Assembly (NCBI GenBank): GCA_037441645.1
Contig: JBBIRU010000016.1
Span: 67,042-131,041, forward strand
Direction: 5' to 3'
DNA length: 64,000 nucleotides
Origin: Bacteroidota bacterium
Lineage (GTDB): Bacteria; Bacteroidota; Bacteroidia; Bacteroidales; GWA2-32-17
Part shown: piece after piece, positions 1-9,194 of the stretch
Layout: the number at the start of each line of letters is the position of its first letter
Numbering within the stretch: the first letter of the stretch is position 1
Position numbers and translations under genes: made by a program
Notes under the pieces: model-generated
Seen by the model: the letters and a program-made list of their open reading frames with translations, nothing else
Told to the model about the DNA's origin: nothing
The model's database searches: none

Positions 1-109
1 TTTACAAGCCAACACTCTCAAAAGAGATTTGAAATTAACAATAAAGCTTCTTCGAGAGCTAAATTAGTAATCAGTTCGAAACTACTTTCCCTTTCCAGAA
101 TAGTAACCG

Positions 110-2014
110 ATGATGAAATTAAGTTTTAGAGATATTTCCATCAAATATAAAATCATTTTTGTAATCATAACAGTTACATTAATGTCCCAGATAATTGCTG
201 CTTATATTTATATGCAGTACGACAAAAAGGATTTCAAAGAAAATGCCCTGAAAAATCTCGATATGCTTTCGGAGATAATTTCGAATAATTCTACCGCTGC
301 TTTGCTTTTTAATGATTCTACCCAGGCCAGGTACATTTTACAATCGATCAAAGCAGTACCATTTATAAAACTTGCCTGCATATACGATAAAAAAAAGCAC
401 CCTTTTGCTAACTACCGGAGAGAAATTCATAACACTTTATCACAACAAATTTTCATTAATGCCCTGGACACTACATCCATAACAGATAATTCGATAATTA
501 TTGTCAGGCCCATATTTGATGAAACCGAAAAAAAGGAAGTTATTGGATATATTTTCCTGGATCGTGATTTAAAAGATTATGAACTAAGATTATCGCAATT
601 CATCTGGGTATTGTTAATTATCACACTGGCTTCACTGCTTTTTGCAATTGTTATTTCTTTTCAGATGCAAAAAATTATTTCACGCCCTATCAGAAATCTT
701 TCGGCAATAGTAAAAAAGATTACAACTAACCGGGATTTTTCGGTAAGGATCAAGAAAAAGGGTAACGACGAATTAGGCGAATTAATAGGAGGATTTAATG
801 GAATGCTAACTAATATTGAAACACAGAATGATGCATTAATACAGGCAAAAGAGCAGGCAATAAGTTCGGCCAAAATAAAAGAGCAGTTCCTGGCAAATAT
901 GAGTCATGAAATAAGAACGCCTATGAACGCCATTGTTGGTATGACCAATTTGCTTCTTGACACAAAACTGGAGGGTGAGCAAACCGAATTTCTCAGGCAT
1001 ATTAAAACTTCATCAGATAATCTCCTGGTAATTATTAACGATATTCTTGATTTTTCAAAAATTGAAGCCGGAAAAATTGAATTTGAAAATATCCGGTTCA
1101 GCCTGAATGACTCATTTGAAGATATCCGAAAAACTTTTAATTTTAAACTCAAAGAAAAAAATCTATTCCTGAATATTAAAAAAAATAACGATGTCCCCGA
1201 TTTTTTCAATGGAGATCATGTCCGGTTGAATCAGGTTCTTCTCAACTTAATTGGCAACGCCATTAAATTTACCGAAAAAGGCGGAATTACATTAAAAGTC
1301 GAAAAACTTAATGAAAACCAGGACGATATAGAATTGATATTTAAAGTTAACGATACCGGTATCGGAATACCCAAAGATAAACTGGAACATATTTTTTTAA
1401 GTTTTAACCAGGCTACCAGCGAAACAAACCGGAAATACGGAGGAACCGGGCTGGGCTTAACAATTAGCAAACAATTAGTTGAACTGCAAAAAGGAAGAAT
1501 GTGGGTCGAAAGCGAAATGAATAAAGGAAGTACATTTTATTTTTCAATACCTTTTAAAAAAGCTGCTGTGCCAAATTATAGTGAATACCATAATTCCATT
1601 GTTGAAGAATCAATAACCATTTCACCGGAAAGAATAAGCAATGCACAACTATTAATAGTAGAAGATAATCAATTGAATTTACTTCTTGCCAATACACTGT
1701 TAAAAAAACAAAAGTTCCAACACATACACACTGCCGAAAACGGACAAACTGCCGTAGAAATGATAAAGAAGTTTGATTATGACGTTATCCTGATGGATCT
1801 TCATATGCCTGTTATGGATGGATATGAAGCTACAAAATTTATCAGGAACAACATGCCTGAAAAGAAAAGGTTAATTCCTATAATTGCATTGACAGCGGCG
1901 GCTATCAAAGGCGAACGGGACAAATGTTTTGAGGTAGGAATGAATGAATATATCTCAAAACCTTTTAAAGCAAATGAGCTATATGAAAAAATCTGCAAGT
2001 TTTTAAAAGAATAA
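110..2014 (+). CDS. Hybrid sensor histidine kinase / response regulator
   Basis: 634-aa ORF. Two N-terminal hydrophobic segments flank an extracytoplasmic region, followed by a HAMP-like linker. HisKA H-box 'MSHEIRTPMNAI'. HATPase boxes 'LIGNAIKFT', 'DTGIGIP', 'GGTGLGLTIS'. C-terminal receiver domain ('LLIVEDN', 'LMDLHMPVMDG', 'SKPF'). Confidence 0.92.
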   Translation: MMKLSFRDISIKYKIIFVIITVTLMSQIIAAYIYMQYDKKDFKENALKNLDMLSEIISNNSTAALLFNDSTQARYILQSIKAVPFIKLACIYDKKKHPFANYRREIHNTLSQQIFINALDTTSITDNSIIIVRPIFDETEKKEVIGYIFLDRDLKDYELRLSQFIWVLLIITLASLLFAIVISFQMQKIISRPIRNLSAIVKKITTNRDFSVRIKKKGNDELGELIGGFNGMLTNIETQNDALIQAKEQAISSAKIKEQFLANMSHEIRTPMNAIVGMTNLLLDTKLEGEQTEFLRHIKTSSDNLLVIINDILDFSKIEAGKIEFENIRFSLNDSFEDIRKTFNFKLKEKNLFLNIKKNNDVPDFFNGDHVRLNQVLLNLIGNAIKFTEKGGITLKVEKLNENQDDIELIFKVNDTGIGIPKDKLEHIFLSFNQATSETNRKYGGTGLGLTISKQLVELQKGRMWVESEMNKGSTFYFSIPFKKAAVPNYSEYHNSIVEESITISPERISNAQLLIVEDNQLNLLLANTLLKKQKFQHIHTAENGQTAVEMIKKFDYDVILMDLHMPVMDGYEATKFIRNNMPEKKRLIPIIALTAAAIKGERDKCFEVGMNEYISKPFKANELYEKICKFLKE

Positions 2015-2068
2015 TCATCGTTTTATTTATTAAAATATACTATTTTAGCTCATAATTTTTTCTGAAAA

Positions 2069-2410
2069 ATGGAAATCTACATAGATCTTAATTATCTCGA
2101 AAATATGTCGGGTGGCGACAAGCAATTAATGAAAGAAATGATCGACATTTTTAAAGAACAGGTTCCGGAATTTGTTACAGAAATGAAAACATTTTTAAAG
2201 AACAATGATCTTAAAGGCCTGGCTTCAGTGGCTCATAAAGCTAAATCATCTATTTCAATAATCGGATTAATTCAACTCATTTCCGACCTGAAAGAATTCG
2301 AAGATAATGTTACAAATTCAGAGAAACCGGAATCTTATATAGATTTTATTTCCCATTTCGAAGCAACCTGTAACCAGGCTCTTGTTCAGCTTGATAAGAT
2401 GAATCTGTAG
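2069..2410 (+). CDS. Hpt (histidine phosphotransfer) domain protein
   Basis: 113-aa helical ORF 54 nt downstream of the hybrid kinase. Candidate phospho-His lies in 'SVAHKAKSSISIIG', the typical Hpt H-x-x-K-G/S context. Confidence 0.8.
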   Translation: MEIYIDLNYLENMSGGDKQLMKEMIDIFKEQVPEFVTEMKTFLKNNDLKGLASVAHKAKSSISIIGLIQLISDLKEFEDNVTNSEKPESYIDFISHFEATCNQALVQLDKMNL

Positions 2411-2412
2411 GA

Positions 2413-3207
2413 TTGATTATGAAAAGGATAAAACACATCTTAAATCCATTCATCTTCAGTTTCATATTCGCCTTATTACTTGCCGGAGGCTGCACCATGT
2501 TTACGGCCGAGACAAAGGATCTGGAAGAAAAAGAAGGGATAACATATTTAAAAGGTACCAATAAACCATTTACAGGCCAGTCGCTTGATTACTATGATGA
2601 CGGAAAAAACAGCATTCTTTATAATTTCAAAAATGGCAAAAAAGACGGTGAAGCCAAAGCCTGGTATAAAAACGGACAGGTTGAATTTCAGGGAAATTAT
2701 CTGAACGGTGTTAAAGAAGGTCTTTTTAACGGATGGTTTGAGGACGGAAAAATGGGCGCTGAAAGAAATTACCTGCATGGTTATGAAAATGGTGTATGGA
2801 AAATCTGGAATGAAAATGGAAATTTAAAAGAATCCGGCTTTTTTAATAATGGTATCCGCGACAGCTTATGGATATGGTATTATGAAAACGGACAAAAATG
2901 GGTCGAAATTAATTTTATAAACGGAAAAGAAAACGGAGTGTGGCATGCATGGTATAATAATGGCAACAAACGGGAAGAAGTTAATTACCAAAACGGAAAG
3001 AAAGACGGGCTATGGCAGGGATGGAATAAAGAAGGTATTCTGACATCAAAAGGCCTGTATGCCCTGGGGCTTGAAAATGGGAACTGGTACGAATGGCACG
3101 ATTCAGGTAAGCCCAAGTCCGAAAAATTATATAAAAAAGGCGAATTAATATACCAGAAACAATGGGGCGAAAAAGGAAATCTGGTTTCCGGATCTGATAA
3201 CAAATAA
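2413..3207 (+). CDS. MORN-variant (YwqK-type) repeat lipoprotein
   Basis: Starts 3 nt after the Hpt stop. Signal peptide with lipobox 'LLAGGC'. Multiple tandem ~23-aa repeats of the form 'G.W..WYeNGqk..E.nY.NGkkdG'. Confidence 0.8.
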   Translation: MIMKRIKHILNPFIFSFIFALLLAGGCTMFTAETKDLEEKEGITYLKGTNKPFTGQSLDYYDDGKNSILYNFKNGKKDGEAKAWYKNGQVEFQGNYLNGVKEGLFNGWFEDGKMGAERNYLHGYENGVWKIWNENGNLKESGFFNNGIRDSLWIWYYENGQKWVEINFINGKENGVWHAWYNNGNKREEVNYQNGKKDGLWQGWNKEGILTSKGLYALGLENGNWYEWHDSGKPKSEKLYKKGELIYQKQWGEKGNLVSGSDNK

Positions 3208-3236
3208 AAAAAGCTGTCCTGAATCCAGAACAGCTT
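3205..3236. terminator. Hairpin terminator between convergent genes (U-run on the minus-strand transcript)
   Basis: 7-bp stem aagctgt (3211-3217) / acagctt (3230-3236). It is preceded on the + strand by aaaaaa, which gives UUUUUU after the hairpin on the minus-strand FKBP transcript. Confidence 0.55.
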
Positions 3237-3256
3237 TCATAAGATTATTTGAAAAA

Positions 3257-4438
3257 TTATTGTACATCCATTAACTCAACGTCAAAAACCAGGTCTGACT
3301 TAGGCGGAATGGCTCCCGGATAACCTTGTTCTCCATAGGCAAGCTGGTATGGAATTAATAAACGAAGTTTATCGCCTTTTTTCATTAAAGATATTCCTTC
3401 GTCCCAGCCTTTAATAACTTTTCCGGTACCCAATTCAAAACTTATAGGCTGGCCACGTTGTACTGAAGAATCGAAAATATTACCATCCTGAAAATAACCT
3501 GTATAATGTACTGAAACCGTTTTACCTGCCTGCGCTTTAATGTTATCTTTTTTACCTTCAGACACAACAATATACTTTAATCCCGAGGGTGTGGATAATG
3601 TGTCTTTTCCTTTTGTATTAAATACTTCAGGTTTAATTTCAGGGGTAAAACTTACCAGTTCAACATCAAAAATCAGGTTGGTTTTAGCTGGAATTACAGG
3701 CGGACGGCCAGTTTCGCCATATGCCAACTGGTAAGGAATTAATAATCTTGCTTTATCGCCTGGCTTTAATAATGAAATGCCCTCGTCCCAACCTTTTATC
3801 ACCATCCCTTTACCTAATTGAAATGAAATAGGTTCGCCTCTTTTAATGGAAGAATCGAATATTTTTCCATCTTCGAAATACCCTGTGTAATGTACTTTCA
3901 CATTTGCACCCCTGGAAGGTTTATCGCCTCCTTTTTTGGAATCGAACACCATAATATATTTAAGTCCCGAAGAAGTAGTTAAAGTATCTTTCCCTGCCGT
4001 ATTATATGCTTCAACTTTGGGTTCGGGCATCACTTTTAATAAATGAACCGTAAATTTCAGAACCGAATTAGGTGGTATGGAACCTGCCTGTTGTGCCCCG
4101 TAACCCAATTCCGAAGGAATTATCAATGTTGCCGAATCGCCTTCATTCAGTAAAGCAATCCCTTCGTCCCAGCCTTTAATTACCTGCCCCTGCCCTAAAG
4201 TAAAAGAAAAAGGTTGTCCTCTTTTATAGGAAGTATCAAATACGGTATCGTTCATTAATTTTCCAACATAATGCACAGTAACCCTGTCGCCGGGTTTAGC
4301 CTGTACTCCTTTTCCCTTCGAATGGATCTGGTATTTCAATCCCGAAGCGGTAGTTTTAAATTCCTTCATTTGTCCGGATGTTTGTAATATTAAAAGATTT
4401 AAAGTCAAGGCCAGAAGCCCGTTCAGTAATGTTTTCAT
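3257..4438 (-). CDS. Secreted FKBP-type peptidyl-prolyl isomerase with three tandem FKBP domains
   Basis: 393 aa with a signal peptide. Three ~125-aa repeats each contain 'SGLKY...V.VHYtG.f.dG..FDSS..RG.P.sF.LG.G.VIKGWDEGi.L...Gdk..LlIP..LaYG'. Confidence 0.93.
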   Translation of the reverse strand: MKTLLNGLLALTLNLLILQTSGQMKEFKTTASGLKYQIHSKGKGVQAKPGDRVTVHYVGKLMNDTVFDTSYKRGQPFSFTLGQGQVIKGWDEGIALLNEGDSATLIIPSELGYGAQQAGSIPPNSVLKFTVHLLKVMPEPKVEAYNTAGKDTLTTSSGLKYIMVFDSKKGGDKPSRGANVKVHYTGYFEDGKIFDSSIKRGEPISFQLGKGMVIKGWDEGISLLKPGDKARLLIPYQLAYGETGRPPVIPAKTNLIFDVELVSFTPEIKPEVFNTKGKDTLSTPSGLKYIVVSEGKKDNIKAQAGKTVSVHYTGYFQDGNIFDSSVQRGQPISFELGTGKVIKGWDEGISLMKKGDKLRLLIPYQLAYGEQGYPGAIPPKSDLVFDVELMDVQ

Positions 4439-4439
4439 G

Positions 4440-5294
4440 TCAGTTGATTTTTATTAATTCTATTTCAAATATTAATGTTGAATACGGGGGTATCATTTTA
4501 TATTGTTCCTTGCCATAAGCTAGGCCGGATGGAATTATCAGTGTTGCTTTTCCGCCCGGTTTCATTTTCCCGACACCTTCTTCCATACCGGGTATTACCT
4601 GGTTTGCACCAAATTCAAAAGTAAACGGCTCGCCCCTTTGAAGGGACGAATCAAAGACCTCGCCGCTAAGAAACGATCCGGTATAGTGTATGGTTACTTT
4701 CTGGCCTGCTTTCGGATAAGCGCCTTTACCTGCCAGCTGTTCTATATAATATAAACCACTGCTTTCCGGTTTCACGGTAATATTTGCATTATGTAAGTAA
4801 ACATCGAGCATACTTTTCTCGCTTTCTGCATTTGTTACCTGTGATTTTTTCTGTTCCTCAAGGAAATTCTCGTAGCTGAAAATTTCAACCAGTTTAATAT
4901 CAAAAACAAGTTTACTTTTTGGTTTTATAAATCCCGGGACTTCCGAACCTTTGGTTTCGAGAAAAAAACGTTCTGCATCGACAATAAATCTGGCGCTATC
5001 CCCTTCGTGCATCATGGCAAAAGCATCGTCTATTGTTCCGCCATTGGTTGAACGGGGCTTTACTTTCATTCTGAAGGGCTGGCCCTGCATTTCCCTGGTA
5101 TCAAATAACACCGAATCATTTTCAGTGGTGTATCGCATATATAAAACAACAATATCGCCCGGAACAGGCGTCTTCGCTTTTTCGTTACAGGTATAAAACT
5201 TATATTTCATGCCCGACGAATCCGTTTTATATTCATTTGTTTTGCATGAATACAAACAGAGGGACAGGAAAATAAAAAACAATATTCTTTTCAT
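4440..5294 (-). CDS. FKBP-type peptidyl-prolyl isomerase lipoprotein (degenerate N-terminal plus canonical C-terminal FKBP domain)
   Basis: 284 aa with lipobox 'LYSC'. C-terminal 'VTIHYTGSFLSGEVFDSSLQRGEPFTFEFGANQVIPGMEEGV...LIIPSGLAYG'. The stop lies 2 nt from the start of the downstream triple-FKBP gene. Confidence 0.9.
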   Translation of the reverse strand: MKRILFFIFLSLCLYSCKTNEYKTDSSGMKYKFYTCNEKAKTPVPGDIVVLYMRYTTENDSVLFDTREMQGQPFRMKVKPRSTNGGTIDDAFAMMHEGDSARFIVDAERFFLETKGSEVPGFIKPKSKLVFDIKLVEIFSYENFLEEQKKSQVTNAESEKSMLDVYLHNANITVKPESSGLYYIEQLAGKGAYPKAGQKVTIHYTGSFLSGEVFDSSLQRGEPFTFEFGANQVIPGMEEGVGKMKPGGKATLIIPSGLAYGKEQYKMIPPYSTLIFEIELIKIN

Positions 5295-5371
5295 AGCGCT
5301 TTTTAGAACAGGGCAAAGATATTATTTTAAATAAGAAACAAAGTATAAAACCTTCCGCTTTAACCTTTTTT

Positions 5372-5405
5372 AAAAAACAAAAAAGCCGGAATTTTCGTTC
5401 CGGCT
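5372..5405 (-). terminator. Rho-independent terminator after rny
   Basis: 8-bp stem agccggaa (5384-5391) / ttccggct (5398-5405). On the minus strand it is followed by a TTTTTTGTTTTTT run. Confidence 0.7.
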
Positions 5406-5425
5406 CATCCTATTAACATTGTGCC

Positions 5426-6961
5426 TTATTTTGCATACGATACAGCCCTTGTTTCCCGGATAACCGTAATTCTTATCTGCCCGGGATATGTGAGTTCGTC
5501 CTGAATTTTGCGGGCCAGATCGAACGATAATGATTCTGCATCTTTATCGGAAACCTTTTCGCTGCCTACAATAACTCTTAATTCGCGGCCTGCCTGGATA
5601 GCATAGGTTTTCTGAACACCCGGGTATGACAACGCCAGGTTTTCAAGATCTTTCAACCGCTTGATATATGATTCGGCCACCTCGCGGCGGGCGCCGGGAC
5701 GTGCGCCACTGATAGCATCGCATACCTGTACAATAGGTGAGATCATACTGGTCATTTCCACCTCATCGTGATGCGCGCCAATAGCATTGCATATATCGGG
5801 TTTTTCTTTGTACTTCTCGGCTAATGACATACCCAAGGTAGCGTGCGGAAGTTCAGGATTGTCGTCGGCCACCTTCCCGATATCGTGCAGTAAACCTGCC
5901 CGCTTGGCCGATTTTGCATTTAATCCTAATTCAGAGGCCATTATTGCGCATAAATTGGCCACTTCGCGCGAGTGTTGCAACAGGTTCTGTCCGTAGGAAG
6001 AACGGTATTTCATTTTACCTACCAGCCTGATTAATTCGGGATGCAGGCCATGAACGCCCAGATCGATGGTTGTTCTTTTACCGGTTTCGACCATTTCTTC
6101 TTCAACCTGTTTTCTTACTTTTTCAACTACTTCTTCGATACGGGCCGGGTGAATTCTGCCATCAGTAATCAACTGGTGTAAAGCAAGGCGTGCTATTTCC
6201 CTGCGGACAGGATCAAAAGCAGAAAGAACAATGGCTTCGGGGGTATCGTCAACAATAATCTCAACGCCCGTAGCTGCTTCGAGTGCACGAATATTTCTTC
6301 CTTCGCGGCCGATAATCCGTCCTTTAATTTCGTCGTTTTCGATATTAAAAACGGTAACACTGTTTTCAACAGCGGCTTCGGTAGCTACACGCTGTATTGT
6401 CTGCAACACAATTTTTTTCGATTCTTTGGTGGCGGTCATTTTGGCTTCTTCCATCACTTCATTGATATATGCCATTGATGACGTTTTAGCCTCAGCTTTT
6501 ATGGATTCCATTAACTGGGCTTTAGCCTCTTCGGTAGTAAGTCCGCTGATGGTTTCCAGTTTTTCGAGATGCTCATTACGCTGGCGATCAAGCTCATGGC
6601 TCTTTTTTTCTAATTTTTCTCTTTGAGCATTGAGGCTGGCCTGCAATGAATCCAGTTCTTTTTTAGTACGCTGAACTTCTTCGATTCGTTGTGAAAGGGC
6701 GCTTTCTTTCTGAACCAGTTTAGCTTCGGCCTGGTTAACACGGGCACCTTTCTCATTAACATATTTTTCGTGATCGGCCTTCAGTTGCAGAAATTTTTCT
6801 TTAGCCAGTAATTCTTTCTGCTTCCTGATAACTTCACCTTCCGATTCAGCCTCTTTGACAATCTTCTGAGCTTTATCAGACAGCGCTTTATCCCATACAA
6901 AGTATGAAACAAGCCCTCCCGCACATAAAGCTACTACTCCAACTACAATTGTTATTATCAT
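5426..6961 (-). CDS. rny: Ribonuclease Y
   Basis: 511 aa. N-terminal TM anchor, long coiled coil, KH domain ('[13 protein letters not shown]') and HD domain ('GLLHDIGK...HH'). Confidence 0.97.
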   Translation of the reverse strand: MIITIVVGVVALCAGGLVSYFVWDKALSDKAQKIVKEAESEGEVIRKQKELLAKEKFLQLKADHEKYVNEKGARVNQAEAKLVQKESALSQRIEEVQRTKKELDSLQASLNAQREKLEKKSHELDRQRNEHLEKLETISGLTTEEAKAQLMESIKAEAKTSSMAYINEVMEEAKMTATKESKKIVLQTIQRVATEAAVENSVTVFNIENDEIKGRIIGREGRNIRALEAATGVEIIVDDTPEAIVLSAFDPVRREIARLALHQLITDGRIHPARIEEVVEKVRKQVEEEMVETGKRTTIDLGVHGLHPELIRLVGKMKYRSSYGQNLLQHSREVANLCAIMASELGLNAKSAKRAGLLHDIGKVADDNPELPHATLGMSLAEKYKEKPDICNAIGAHHDEVEMTSMISPIVQVCDAISGARPGARREVAESYIKRLKDLENLALSYPGVQKTYAIQAGRELRVIVGSEKVSDKDAESLSFDLARKIQDELTYPGQIRITVIRETRAVSYAK

Positions 6962-6987
6962 ATTATAAAAACATTAAAAAAATTAAT

Positions 6988-7184
6988 AAAAAACCCGCAC
7001 TATCTTCTTTAAGCATTTTAGAAAACCCAATATCACATGGGCGGGGTTAACCGGTTGTTTTTGACTTCCACTGCTCAACGAAGAGTCTTTGGCGAACCAA
7101 AGCTGCGGCCTGTCATACACATCTCGAGAATCACCCCTGGTTTGATTCTGTTGATTTTTAAAACGAATAAAGAATTAATGCGGG
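6988..7184 (-). ncRNA. Candidate structured ncRNA (6S/SsrS-like by size, closing helix and position after zapA); could alternatively be an rny leader
   Basis: ~197-nt zapA-rny spacer, visibly GC-richer than neighbouring spacers. The 5' CCCGCA (7179-7184) pairs with UGCGGG (6994-6999), and UUCUUUA pairs with UAAAGAA next to it, forming a long-range closing helix. Internal hairpin CUUUGG-UUCG-CCAAAG carries a UUCG tetraloop. GGGGU/ACCCC also pair. The 3' end is a U-run. Confidence 0.45.
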
Positions 7185-7505
7185 CTATGTCGTTTTATGT
7201 AAAAGAACGTTTTTCTCTTTTTGCAGATAATCTTCTAACTCACTTTCTACCTCTTTAATCTCTTCTACGAACGGAGCGATATTTTGTTTGTCTTCAAACT
7301 CTATCAGCTTACTAACATATTGCAATACTGCCATGGCAAGGAAATCCTGACCATCATTATCTTTATACAATTTTCTATATTGCAATACCGTATCATTAAT
7401 TCGCTTCGCTGCCTTCCTTACTTGTTCTTCCTCATTCTTATCTATTCTAAGCGGATAATATCTGTCGGCTATATTTACTCTTATCGTTAATTTATCGTCG
7501 CCCAT
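7185..7505 (-). CDS. zapA: Cell division protein ZapA
   Basis: 106 aa. The N-terminal 'LTIRVNIADRYYPLRIDKNEEEQVRKAAKRINDTV' ZapA fold pattern is followed by a C-terminal coiled coil. Confidence 0.85.
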   Translation of the reverse strand: MGDDKLTIRVNIADRYYPLRIDKNEEEQVRKAAKRINDTVLQYRKLYKDNDGQDFLAMAVLQYVSKLIEFEDKQNIAPFVEEIKEVESELEDYLQKEKNVLLHKTT

Positions 7506-7512
7506 ATTATCC

Positions 7513-7806
7513 CTATTTATTTAAAAGAGCTATGCACTGATCAACCTCCCGCACGATTCTGTTTATCTTTATCCGGGCATCGTGAACATCGGTACCCGTT
7601 ATTTCCATCATTTTACCAAGTTTAAGATTTTCATATTTCCGGTTCATGTCATTTAACTGATTTATTTTTTCATTTAACTGAACTTCGAAATACTCTTTAT
7701 CTTTTAAAAGAACCTCATTTTTCTTCTTTTCTTCTTCATAGAGTAAAATCAACCTGAAAATCTTATCTTTCAATGAATTTACAAGATCATCGTACTCTGA
7801 ATTCAT
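7513..7806 (-). CDS. Coiled-coil hypothetical protein upstream of zapA (ZapB-like in composition only)
   Basis: 97-aa heptad-rich ORF, 7 nt upstream of zapA on the same strand. Confidence 0.6.
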   Translation of the reverse strand: MNSEYDDLVNSLKDKIFRLILLYEEEKKKNEVLLKDKEYFEVQLNEKINQLNDMNRKYENLKLGKMMEITGTDVHDARIKINRIVREVDQCIALLNK

Positions 7807-7978
7807 TCCTTCCTATTTTAAACACAAATATAATACAAAGTGCTTAAAAAAAAAACAAGGGAATCCTTTATATATATTAATCTATTATTCTGAATATTAA
7901 AAAAATTATTTTGAAGAAATTGAAAGGTTCAATCAGCGCTTTTAATATTAAAAGATAAATTCCTGTTATATTTATGTC

Positions 7979-9040
7979 GTGAATGTTTATTATGCTATCG
8001 GAATTATGTCAGGAACTTCGCTGGATGGCGTTGACATTGCGTTGTGCCAGCTTGAATACAATCGTTTGCAATGGAAATACAAACTGATTAATTCTGCGAT
8101 GTATGCATACTCCAAGGAATGGAAAAACAAACTTTCTATTGCCCATACACTGGATTCTTACAAATTTATTCAATTTCATAAAGAATACGGACAATACCTG
8201 GGACAATTGGTAAACCGTTTTATCAATGGAATGCCTATTAAAATCAATTTAATCGGTTCTCACGGACATACTGTGTTTCACGTTCCGGAAGAAAAAATAA
8301 CTTTCCAGTTGGGCGACGGGCATATGATTGCTGCCGAAACAGGCATTACAACAGTCAGTGATTTCAGAACTTTTGATGTGGCGCTTGGCGGACAGGGCGC
8401 ACCCCTGGTACCTATGGGCGACGAACTTCTTTTTCATAATTATGATTATTGTATAAACCTGGGAGGTTTCGCCAATGTTTCGTACAAAAATGAATCGAAA
8501 AGAATTGCTTTTGATATTTGTCCTGTAAATATTGCTATCAATCTTTTATCATCAGAGGCCGGAAAGGAATTTGACAAAGATGGCTTTTTAGCCATGAAAG
8601 GAAAAATAAATGAAAAACTTCTGGAAAAACTCAACTCCCTGGGTTATTATCAGCAGCAGCCACCCAAATCGCTGGGCAGGGAGTGGTTCGAAAAAAATGT
8701 TATTCCCTTTATCCTGGATCCCGGTATCAGGCTTGAGGACAGGTTAAGAACCATCTACGAACACATAGCTATGCAGGTTTCCATTTCCATCCAACACGAA
8801 AAACAACGTTCAGTATTGCTTACCGGGGGCGGTGCATTAAACAAATACCTGGTTCAGATAATCAGAGAACATTCTCACCACCAGTTTGTGGTTCCCGGGG
8901 CGCCCATTATTGAATTTAAAGAAGCCATTATTTTTGCCTTTCTTGGGGTGTTAAGAATACGGAACGAAATTAATGTTCTGTCGTCTGCTACAGGTGCAAG
9001 AATGGATTCATGCAGCGGTGTGATACATAAAATAAGTTGA
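7979..9040 (+). CDS. anmK: Anhydro-N-acetylmuramic acid kinase
   Basis: 353 aa. N-terminal 'GIMSGTSLDGVDIAL', 'GGQGAPLVP' and 'TGGGALN' are AnmK/ASKHA motifs. The ORF-track start is GTG. Confidence 0.9.
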   Translation: MNVYYAIGIMSGTSLDGVDIALCQLEYNRLQWKYKLINSAMYAYSKEWKNKLSIAHTLDSYKFIQFHKEYGQYLGQLVNRFINGMPIKINLIGSHGHTVFHVPEEKITFQLGDGHMIAAETGITTVSDFRTFDVALGGQGAPLVPMGDELLFHNYDYCINLGGFANVSYKNESKRIAFDICPVNIAINLLSSEAGKEFDKDGFLAMKGKINEKLLEKLNSLGYYQQQPPKSLGREWFEKNVIPFILDPGIRLEDRLRTIYEHIAMQVSISIQHEKQRSVLLTGGGALNKYLVQIIREHSHHQFVVPGAPIIEFKEAIIFAFLGVLRIRNEINVLSSATGARMDSCSGVIHKIS

Positions 9041-9060
9041 AAACACAAAGTAGGAAGTTT

Positions 9061-9178
9061 AAAGGAAAAAGAAAAATGTAAGGTATAGGGGGAATAGGGG
9101 TAGATAAGGGAATTCAAAAGACAATAGATAGGAGGCAGGAGGCAATAAACATTCTACAAATAACTAAAAACAATGAAC
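9061..9178 (+). repeat. Purine-rich intergenic element, copy A (shares ATAGGAGGCAG and AACAATGAAC with 37.35 kb copy)
   Basis: GGAGG/GGGG-rich tract 9061-9150. Exact 11-mer ataggaggcag at 9128-9138 and 10-mer aacaatgaac at 9169-9178. Both recur, collinear, as reverse complements at 37370-37380 and 37351-37360. Confidence 0.55.
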
Positions 9179-9194
9179 TATAAATATTTTCAAC

